Below, in pieces: positions 1 through 7,220 of a stretch of DNA of 31,052 nucleotides. The notes beneath the pieces are model-generated. The model had not been told where the DNA came from, ran no database searches, and worked only from the letters and a program-made list of their open reading frames with translations. Position 1 is the first letter of the stretch. Every line of letters starts with the position of its first letter. The stretch is from Macrostomum lignano (Eukaryota). The stretch is from contig NIVC01002134.1 in the NCBI GenBank assembly GCA_002269645.1, positions 1 through 31,052 of the forward strand. The letters are read 5' to 3'. Position numbers and translations under genes: made by a program.

Positions 1-625
1 CCATCGAGGTAAATTTTTTGCTCGAAAGTATCGTAATAGACGTTCCTTTAACGAGCGGATAAATCGTTCAGCCATGCTTGCCTTGTAATTGCTTTGGCCT
101 AACAAAAAATCGAACTCCTTCCTGTTTCAGCATTTGACGTGTAGCTCTTCGAGAAACTCCATACCAGCATCACCTTGTAAATAAACAGGCTTAAAACCAC
201 TTCGAAAAATCTCTAGTAATACTTGACTAACTTCTGAAGGCTTCTTTGTACGCAATGGTCTTAGTCGTACAACTCTAGTAAAACAGTCGATAAGAACAAG
301 TATGTAACGATAACCTCGATTTTCCGTCTTGTATTGAGGTAAATCTGCCAAATCGATTTGAAACTGAAACTTTGCAACTGGTGGCACACTAATTTTTGGA
401 GTTGGAAAGTTTCGTCGTGTTTTTCGAAATAAATGATGCTCATTTGTTGATCGCACCCAATTATCAACTTCGCGCTTTGCAACTTTGTTCGTAATCTGTG
501 GAAACTTTTTACGTACTTCACGAACAAGTATAGTCTTGTTACCACTAAATGAAGTAGGCCTGTTCAAGTTAAAAAAAGCATCCGTCAAAAAATTCTTCAA
601 TTTCCTTACGCACTCGCTTCATCAT
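1..625 (-). pseudogene. Polinton-type DDE (rve) integrase, three frameshifts, runs off the window edge
   Basis: ORF 127-600 has FQIDLADL (D1) and LQGDAGMEF (D2). The shifted downstream frames read RQMLKQEGVRF and then SNYKASMAERFIRSLKERLLRYFRAKNLPRW (catalytic E). The shifted upstream frame from ATG 625/622 reads MMKRVRKEIEEF. Shifts map to A-runs at 587-592, 154-156 and 104-109. Confidence 0.88.
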
Positions 626-850
626 CAGTTAGATTGATGCTAGTCGTTTGACAGTTGCAACAAAAGAACGAAGCCTCGATCGAATCTCCGTCAGTATCCT
701 CGTTGTGCTCCTTTCCAGAAACGGCACACATTCAGATTTTATGCAAAAAAACTCACAGAGACGAATCAAAAGTTTTTGGAAGATAGATGACATGGTTTGT
801 CTTATTAAACTATATATTTTTCATAAACAAAAAATTAACCTTTTTAAAAA

Positions 851-857
851 GCTTATA
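851..857 (-). promoter_or_regulatory. TATAAGC motif (candidate element late promoter), copy 1
   Basis: GCTTATA on + strand, in the gap between ORF 905-1594 and the small ORF/integrase. Confidence 0.5.
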
Positions 858-904
858 GTGCTCGAATCAATTTTTTAAAACGTAATCTGTAATTTTAAAA
901 CAAC

Positions 905-1594
905 TTAATTCAGTGTTTGATAATTTTCAAACAGACTAAGATCCTCCTTTGCAACAGTTTTTGGAGCAGACATTAGCTCGTTTCGTACATGACGCCCGAT
1001 TTGGTTTGCTGCGATTCCACGTTTTCGAAGAAAGTCTAAAAATGTTTTTAGTCCACTAGGCGGTTGAGTCTCGTGTCGCTTAAGCGGTCTGTCTCGAACA
1101 ACATATTCCATGAGATCTTGTATCTCGGCATCAGTCAAATTAGCCAGCATTGGTTCTGCATTCTTGTCCATGTCCGAAAATAGGTTTTGAGCGAGAGCTT
1201 CGAAACGTGGTAAAAAAACTTTAGGAATTTCCCTTGATTCGCTGGCATATGAACTTCTTACAGTAGTCCCTTTGCGAACAAGTGACAGATTGTCCTCGTC
1301 TCCAGTGCGATAGACTTTGCGCAATTTTAAAAGTTTGTCTTCCAATCTGCTTCGTTTCAATTGAGCTGTGTAATTTGGCTCCTTTTCCATTTCCTTGTCC
1401 AAGTTATCCATTTGGTCTCTCATTTCCACCATATTTTTTGCCAGAGCATCTTGCGGTGCGTCTAAAACTTCAGTTTTTCGAGGTGTCTCAGCAGTTGGTG
1501 ACGATCCTTGCTCTGCACCTTGACATGCAGATTGATACACAGATTCAGGTACTAGATACATTCGTTGAAAACTACTACTCTCGTTAGTTCGCAT
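905..1594 (-). CDS. Polinton hypothetical protein (229 aa, predicted coiled-coil; N-terminal RMYLVPE resembles the KMVLVP motif of Polinton ORFs at this position)
   Basis: Long ORF starting 8 nt after the stop of the upstream core-like ORF; conserved syntenic position; charged helical centre. An alternative start is at 1561. Confidence 0.65.
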   Translation of the reverse strand: MRTNESSSFQRMYLVPESVYQSACQGAEQGSSPTAETPRKTEVLDAPQDALAKNMVEMRDQMDNLDKEMEKEPNYTAQLKRSRLEDKLLKLRKVYRTGDEDNLSLVRKGTTVRSSYASESREIPKVFLPRFEALAQNLFSDMDKNAEPMLANLTDAEIQDLMEYVVRDRPLKRHETQPPSGLKTFLDFLRKRGIAANQIGRHVRNELMSAPKTVAKEDLSLFENYQTLN

Positions 1595-1602
1595 TATTCC
1601 TA

Positions 1603-2031
1603 CTACTTTCGTTGAATTGATCGTATTAAATTCGCTGCTCCCGCGGCGGTACCAACTACTCCAGACGTTATCCCAAGCGCAGTGCTTATAGCAGGTAGAG
1701 CGGCAATAATTGGAGCCAAAAAAGGTAAAAATCCTCCGTGTTGGACAAGTATTTTCCTTTTTGCAGTAATTGGAGTCTTCTGTTCCAAAAGCTGGCGTAT
1801 ATATCTGCGATGCTTCTCAAGTCGTCTTTTGTTACAGTTACTAATTTTAATACGTCCACTAATAATATTAAACAGAAAGTCTACTAGACATCGTATCTCC
1901 GACTCTGAAAGTGTTTGTAAAAAACTTTTTCTCTGCTTTGGATGCTTTAGCCGATAAACAATTTGTAGTAAAAAAGCACACTGACACAATGAGCGAGCAT
2001 TTTGTTTTCCTTTTTCTGTTAGTTCGCTCAT
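1603..2031 (-). CDS. Adintovirus/Polinton virion core-like protein with an adenain-type cleavage site followed by a hydrophobic helix
   Basis: Basic N-terminal half (RCLVDFLFNIISGRI, RRLEKHRRYIR) followed by ILVQHGG/FLPFLAPIIAALPAI, matching the LxQxGG-FLP pattern of Polinton core proteins. ATG at 2031. Confidence 0.75.
   Translation of the reverse strand: MSELTEKGKQNARSLCQCAFLLQIVYRLKHPKQRKSFLQTLSESEIRCLVDFLFNIISGRIKISNCNKRRLEKHRRYIRQLLEQKTPITAKRKILVQHGGFLPFLAPIIAALPAISTALGITSGVVGTAAGAANLIRSIQRK
1684..1690 (-). promoter_or_regulatory. TATAAGC motif, copy 2 (inside the upstream ORF, about 95 nt before ORF 905-1594)
   Basis: GCTTATA at 1684-1690 on + strand. Confidence 0.4.
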
Positions 2032-2075
2032 TCTTAAAAACAAATTCACAAAATTTTCTATTACACAATTAATCT

Positions 2076-2084
2076 TTGCTTATA
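2076..2084 (-). promoter_or_regulatory. TATAAGCAA motif, copy 3
   Basis: Just after the penton stop, 53 nt upstream of ATG 2031. Confidence 0.55.
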
Positions 2085-2086
2085 AA

Positions 2087-3076
2087 TTAGTCCGACCTAT
2101 GTTTAAAATGCAGTACGACAACAACGTGTGCTCCCGGATCAAAATTAAACGGTTTTCCGCGCTGGTCCGATAGTCGAATCGAAATCTCGTGAATTTGTTG
2201 TCGATTTGTTTTCAAGTAGTAGGGTGTTTGCAATGCACTGCTATCGCGTATAAGTTCTCCGTTTTTCTTTTGTTGGAGTTCCACAACTCGAAGCAACGGT
2301 ACTGATGTACTTCCCACTGCTTGATACTCGATTATATCTGTGTAACAGTACATGTAAACCGTTTTACTAGGCATCGGAGAAGGTAGCACAGCATCCAAGT
2401 AGGTTTTGTTAATGCGCCAAACACGATTTCTCAACCAATATTGGTGTACTTTGATGTACACTTCTCCTTCCGTTTTTCGAAGATAGTCTCCATGCGAAAC
2501 AAGTCGTATAGCTTCACCAGGCGATAGAACACAATAAAAAACATAATAGTTCTCAGGTACTAGCGCTAGAGTATTGTCGAGACTTTTTATCAAATCCAAG
2601 TATGAACCATCCGGTGGTTGTACACTACCAGCGGCAGGTTTTGATAATTTTTCCGAGACAAGTCCAGAAAGTTTCTTCCAAGAGTCAAATTTGAAAGCGT
2701 CCATAAATGTAACTGGTAGTTCTAATCCAATAGTTTTTTCGCCTGAATTTCGTAAAAGCCAGGCAAATTTTTCATCTGTACCAGACGGTTGCCAGGAAAC
2801 GTAAGCATCCAAGTCTGCCTCTGCCCAAACACGACCCCAATAGTTTTTCTTTAATCGTATTATTGAGTCAATGTCCGCAAAATATGGAACTTCAAATCGA
2901 CGCTCACGATGAGCATTTGGCGTCGTAATTGCTCCATGGCACAGTAATTCAACTAGTGCAACCTCGAAGAATCCGTTCAATAAATTTATTGGTTCAGTTA
3001 GTCGCACTCGAAATTCATTAGGCGAGTTGGTTTCGTAACTGATATCGTTTGACGGCAAAAAAACGTAAAAACTCAT
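2087..3076 (-). CDS. Minor capsid protein (penton, single jelly-roll) of Polinton/adintovirus
   Basis: N-terminal FYVFLPSN..NSPNEFRVRL..PINL..FEVALVEL and C-terminal MYCYTDII...VPLLRVV...IHEISIRLSDQRGKPF..VVVVLHFK are characteristic of Polinton pentons. ATG at 3076. Confidence 0.85.
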   Translation of the reverse strand: MSFYVFLPSNDISYETNSPNEFRVRLTEPINLLNGFFEVALVELLCHGAITTPNAHRERRFEVPYFADIDSIIRLKKNYWGRVWAEADLDAYVSWQPSGTDEKFAWLLRNSGEKTIGLELPVTFMDAFKFDSWKKLSGLVSEKLSKPAAGSVQPPDGSYLDLIKSLDNTLALVPENYYVFYCVLSPGEAIRLVSHGDYLRKTEGEVYIKVHQYWLRNRVWRINKTYLDAVLPSPMPSKTVYMYCYTDIIEYQAVGSTSVPLLRVVELQQKKNGELIRDSSALQTPYYLKTNRQQIHEISIRLSDQRGKPFNFDPGAHVVVVLHFKHRSD

Positions 3077-3118
3077 TTTGAAATAAAACACAAACTAATA
3101 TTGACAACAGTTTATAAT

Positions 3119-3127
3119 TTGCTTATA
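3119..3127 (-). promoter_or_regulatory. TATAAGCAA motif, copy 4
   Basis: Just after the ATPase stop, 51 nt upstream of the penton ATG 3076. Confidence 0.55.
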
Positions 3128-3133
3128 ATAATA

Positions 3134-3823
3134 TTACACAAACTTTGCATCACATTCACGAGTATAGACAACTTGTTCATCACCAGAAAATATTCCTGTT
3201 CTCAATCGTAAAAAATCTGGTGTCACTTGCCGCAGGTCAATGAATAAATATGAAAAAGGTTTGTTATTTGTTGCGTCTTCATACACATTCACTAGAAACC
3301 TACTATTACGCGGATACATTTGTCGACCGAGATGTTCAACTGTGGTTCGATCGCGCACACTACGAGTTAGACAAATATAACTAGCTGATAAACTTCGCAT
3401 GCGTGCTTCTGGATCAGACTTGTTAAAAAGACCTTGACAAAGGTACAGACAAGTCAAAGGGATATGATGCGCATGCTTTGTAAACATACTAGTAAATTCT
3501 GGCAACTTAGCAATCTCGCTTTGCAAGTCGTCAACAACAACCAAATCGTGTGGTAAAAAACGATTAATCATCTGTGGTGTGAATTCGGGTACAAAAACAA
3601 TAGGGTCAAGACCGCTTTTTTGCCAGCATGTTCTAATTCGTTGTTGATCGTCTGGTTTCAAACTTGATCCATGGCACCAAACAAGACGGCACGGTTTTTT
3701 ATCAAATAATTCTTTTCGTTCAGTCAACAAACGCAACGTCCATTCAGTTTTACCCGAGTTTGAAGGTCCAGCAATAATAAATGTAGAATCGTGAGCTAGT
3801 TGCATATTGTATGGCTGCTGCAT
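3134..3823 (-). CDS. A32/FtsK-family genome-packaging ATPase
   Basis: Walker A IIAGPSNSGKT, Walker B VVVDDLQ, plus RHH-like KHAHH, LCQGLF and YLFIDL..TPDFLRLRT motifs typical of Polinton ATPases. The ATG is 2 nt after the PLA2X stop. Confidence 0.93.
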   Translation of the reverse strand: MQQPYNMQLAHDSTFIIAGPSNSGKTEWTLRLLTERKELFDKKPCRLVWCHGSSLKPDDQQRIRTCWQKSGLDPIVFVPEFTPQMINRFLPHDLVVVDDLQSEIAKLPEFTSMFTKHAHHIPLTCLYLCQGLFNKSDPEARMRSLSASYICLTRSVRDRTTVEHLGRQMYPRNSRFLVNVYEDATNNKPFSYLFIDLRQVTPDFLRLRTGIFSGDEQVVYTRECDAKFV

Positions 3824-3825
3824 TT

Positions 3826-4269
3826 TCAAGCACCAAAGCGTTGCTTAACTTGCATAACCTTGGTAACCAACTTCGCAGCTAGTTTTTCTTTCCAACCAGT
3901 AGACGGATCGTGGGCAATCTCTCGTGCACCAGATTCTAATAGCTTATCAGCTTTTAACCTCTCTTGCACGTCAGAATTTTTATCATAGGCCACGTCGTGA
4001 AGCATGCACAAATTGTCAAGCCGATTAATTCCTCGTTGTCCTTTTGCTAGCCTAGCTTGCAGTTGCGTACCTGGACCACAAAACTGATATCCGCCGGGTA
4101 AATGTGCTTCAAATGGTAAATGATTAATTAACCAATTTACGACACCATAACCTTGTTGCTTTTTATTAATCTTTCTAATAGATTTCTTCTTTTTACGAAT
4201 GCTCTTCTTTTTCTTTTTAAAACCTCGATCTTTCGCTGGAGACATTTTTACAACATATATTTTAGGCAT
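3826..4269 (-). CDS. PLA2X: parvovirus VP1u-like phospholipase A2 domain virion protein
   Basis: LPGGYQFCGPGT Ca-binding loop and GINRLDNLCMLHDVAY with the HD dyad; Lys-rich N-terminus. An alternative start is ATG 4245. Confidence 0.88.
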   Translation of the reverse strand: MPKIYVVKMSPAKDRGFKKKKKSIRKKKKSIRKINKKQQGYGVVNWLINHLPFEAHLPGGYQFCGPGTQLQARLAKGQRGINRLDNLCMLHDVAYDKNSDVQERLKADKLLESGAREIAHDPSTGWKEKLAAKLVTKVMQVKQRFGA

Positions 4270-4281
4270 AAATTTTTAAAA

Positions 4282-4290
4282 TTGCTTATA
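4282..4290 (-). promoter_or_regulatory. TATAAGCAA motif, copy 5
   Basis: In the dUTPase-PLA2X gap; 21 nt upstream of ATG 4269 and 45 nt upstream of ATG 4245. Confidence 0.55.
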
Positions 4291-4341
4291 GTATTTACAA
4301 AGCTCTCGCATAGTGCACCAATCACCAAAGAAAAAAATCAG

Positions 4342-4347
4342 TTTATT
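4342..4347 (-). terminator. Polyadenylation signal for dUTPase
   Basis: AATAAA on the minus strand, 13 nt after the dUTPase stop. Confidence 0.5.
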
Positions 4348-4360
4348 ATTATTATTATAC

Positions 4361-4843
4361 TTATTGGCCAGTGCTGCCAAAGCCGCCAAAGCCGCGCCGC
4401 TTGGTCGGCGGCTCAATCATCCGAATCGAATTGTCTGCTTCAGTCACATAGACTGAAGCAAGCACGGCCTGCTCCAGAACCAGTTGTGCAATACTGAGCC
4501 CGGCATAGTACTCAAAGTCTTCCGGACTGTAATTAAACAAGACTATACAGATTTCACCAGTATAGTCGGGGTCGATTACGCCACCGCCAACAAATAAGCT
4601 GTGCAGAGCCATGCTGGAACGTCCCGCTATCCTGCCATAGGTACCAGGCGGTAAGCGAATTTTGAGTCCGGTTCGCACACTCCGGGACTCGTAGGCCGGA
4701 ATGGTACCATCGACGCCAGCGCAAAGATCATACCCGATCGACCCGACAGTTTTTCGGGTCGGAATCGTTGCCGAATCGTATAGACGTTCAACTAAAAGCT
4801 TACGATCAGTTAGTTGTTGTTGCTGCTGCTGCTCGGGATTCAT
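4361..4843 (-). CDS. dut: Trimeric-type dUTPase
   Basis: All five motifs present: GYDL, IAGRSS, GVIDPDYTG, IAQLV, RRGFGGFGSTG. The likely start is ATG 4843 (MNPEQQQQQQ), preceded by a strong ttttaaactttcag acceptor at 4858. Confidence 0.95.
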   Translation of the reverse strand: MNPEQQQQQQLTDRKLLVERLYDSATIPTRKTVGSIGYDLCAGVDGTIPAYESRSVRTGLKIRLPPGTYGRIAGRSSMALHSLFVGGGVIDPDYTGEICIVLFNYSPEDFEYYAGLSIAQLVLEQAVLASVYVTEADNSIRMIEPPTKRRGFGGFGSTGQ

Positions 4844-5029
4844 GTCGATTCTTGTAGCTGAAAGTTTAAAAAAAAGTTTTTTTTCTTGAAACATGAACGA
4901 TAGCACTACATTTACGTCTACTACAAACACAAGCTTAGTCTTGAGAATCTAACTATAAAAAATATACTTTTTCAAATAATTAAACACAAAAAAGTGCTAA
5001 AATTATAATTTAAACGAATGCCGGTATCA

Positions 5030-5039
5030 TTTATTTATT
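5030..5039 (-). terminator. Tandem polyadenylation signals after polB
   Basis: AATAAATAAA on the minus strand, about 100 nt after the polB stop at 5136. Confidence 0.5.
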
Positions 5040-5135
5040 GTAAATAATGATCAATGAAAAAATTAATGATGGGTTACAGTCTTCTATAGCATGCTATTAC
5101 TTTGTACAACAAAAGAGATCAGAGCATATTGTTAA

Positions 5136-5466
5136 TTAATTAGCCAAGTGCCAGTGTCCAAAGGGTAGCGAATTAATTGAACTTGTCCAGGATCGCTTCG
5201 TATCGAAGAAGCTTAGTGCAAGTTTTCTTTGTTGCATCAAAAAAAACTTTCTGTTTTCGAGAACGAATGGACTGCATGCGCGAAAACACAAGTTGTCGCT
5301 TGTGTAAGACTCTTAAATAGTCTTGATGCTTTAAACTGCTCTGTGCGGCTTTAGAAGCAGTACTGCTCCAGCTTTGCGACCGATTGAGACTGGAACTTTA
5401 AACGATTGCTGCTTAACTAGACCGGACCGGACTGGACCGGACCGGACTGGACCGGACTCCCCGCGC

Positions 5467-5498
<32 letters not shown>

Positions 5499-6230
5499 AC
5501 CACCACCGCCGCCACCACCACCACCACCACCGCCACCACCACCACTGCCGCCGCCCGCCCCCACACCACCGTGGGACGTATTTGTTGACAGTGTGCTTGC
5601 ATGGCTTTTGCGATAAACGCAGAGCATCAAGTCTAGCTGCTCGATTGCTCTATATTGCCAATTACTACCTCGAGATTGAAAATTGTCAATTTTTATTAAC
5701 AACTGATTAATAACGCGTGCGAACCAGTCATTGTAGGCCTCGGGAGATAACAGCATGTCACTGTTTGCAATCGTCTCATCAAATGATATTGTCGCAATGT
5801 TGGTATTAAAATAGACCGAAATGATCTCTTCGCTGCTCGAGCCATCGTTGTCGTCTGCTGCTGTTTTCGGTCGAAATAGTGTCACTTTCAAGTGAAAGCA
5901 GACTCTTATTAATAAACTGGGTGAGCCAATTTTTTCCAATATTTTAAATATTGGTTCTCTTAAAGACGCAATCAACTCGCCAGGAAGTAACTCGCCAGAG
6001 CTGTTGCCTTGTTGCTCAAGAGTGGGAGTAAATTCGACAAAATTTACCCGACCACGATGAGCTGACTCGCGCAAAGCGATGGACCACCCATCTGGTGGGT
6101 TTTCGATCAGGTTTTGCAGCGATCCGGTCAGTAATCGTTGCGGTGAAAAACAAGCACCATGCGAGTGAGCATGCAGCTCGGCTTGATTACTGAACTTTTT
6201 TCTGCAGATTTGGCATTGTGCACGCGGCAT
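5136..6230 (-). pseudogene. polB: Protein-primed family B DNA polymerase remnant: N-terminal region and extreme C-terminus only, catalytic core missing
   Basis: N-terminal part has a C2H2 finger (CQICRKKF..LHAHSH), ESAHRGR and IDNFQSRGSNWQYRAIEQLDL. The C-terminal part, read across frameshifts, is QDYLRVL..RMQSIRSRKQKVFLMQQRKLALSFFDTKRSWTSSINSLPFGHW*, matching the Polinton PolB tail K.ALS.FDDKR...LP.GH. No exonuclease or YxDTDS motifs are present. Confidence 0.82.
5420..5570. repeat. GC-rich microsatellite: 8x GACCG/GACTG pentamer followed by a (CCG/CCA)n tract
   Basis: Directly visible; translates as poly-Gly in the polB frame. Confidence 0.95.
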
Positions 6231-6453
6231 TGTGTGCACCTAGCTCGACAACGAGCGTATCGAGCATAATATTAATAGATGATCCGGTTTGTCATTTGCG
6301 GCTGTAAGAAAAATGATGATTTGGTTAGTTATAGGTATAGCTGACACGTTTACTATTAGAGAAAACAATTGGTAAATAAATAAAAAAAGACAAAATGTTT
6401 GTAAAAGAATGCATCGCAACTGCGATTTGACAGCAATTGTTTACTTGTTAAGT

Positions 6454-7011
6454 TTAGTTATTAACAGAGATTAAAAAATCCTTGACATGGTTAAGAATAT
6501 TATTCAATTCATGAGTGTTTTGAACGCCCATAATAACAAACTTTTTCGAAAAAAATATGTTACAAAAAAGCCTTGGTTTTGATGCTGATCTAACAGAAAC
6601 TGCTTGTGGGAAATTTTCTGCATCGTATCCAACCAGATAATTCGAATAGTAGCCTGCATATCTTTTTAGACTAGAGAAACCGAATTTTGGCCAAAGATGA
6701 CCAATAAAGCCGACATAGGTACTGCTCTGAATTTTTACTGAATCAAAATCTACACAATTAATAGTGTCGTTGATAAATCGTAAAACTGAGACTATCTGAG
6801 AATTTGATTTACAGCCATATATAGTTAGTTTTCCTGCTGGATAAAGTTGGATTTTAGCATTTGAATAAATTGTCTTTAGCATTGTTGGTCGGCTTAGGAA
6901 TAGTTTGCAAAACCGGTTTCTGGTCTGTAGCTTCTGTTTGGTCTGCTTTAAATCAAATTTTTCAAACGGGTGCAGCTTCAGACTCGCAGTAACTATTAAT
7001 AGGACAAGTCG
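6454..7011 (-). CDS. Divergent TATA-binding-protein-like protein (both TBP repeats); 5' end lacks an in-frame ATG and begins at a splice acceptor
   Basis: The frame is open from 7011 to 6454 (185 aa plus stop), longer than the tracked ORF. It aligns by eye to the TBP core: IVTASLKL..FDLK ~ NIVATVTL..LDLK; RNRFCKL ~ PKRFAAV; IQLYPAGKLTIYGCKS ~ ALIFASGKMVVTGAKS; VKIQS ~ FKIQN; YDAENFP ~ YEPELFP; KPRLFCNIFFSKKFVIMGVQ ~ KPKIVLLIFVSGKIVLTGAK. Confidence 0.85.
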   Translation of the reverse strand, partial: RLVLLIVTASLKLHPFEKFDLKQTKQKLQTRNRFCKLFLSRPTMLKTIYSNAKIQLYPAGKLTIYGCKSNSQIVSVLRFINDTINCVDFDSVKIQSSTYVGFIGHLWPKFGFSSLKRYAGYYSNYLVGYDAENFPQAVSVRSASKPRLFCNIFFSKKFVIMGVQNTHELNNILNHVKDFLISVNN

Positions 7012-7220
7012 CTAAAACGGAAAATAAATAATAAGAAAAGTTAAACATGACTATACTATCGTAAATTCTAATATTAAATTACAAAACCTGGTTAGCGTAC
7101 AAGGAGTAGCAAACAATGTTTTGAGCTTTTCCCTAAAAAATAATATTTCCCTAGCCAAAAATTTGATAAATATAGTGGAATAAGTTAGTTAAAATTGGAT
7201 AAAATTAGTCAAAAATTTTG

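Noticed and set aside
5374-5616. Poly-Pro and poly-Val/Ala ORFs in alternative frames
   Set aside because: Artefacts of the GC microsatellite.
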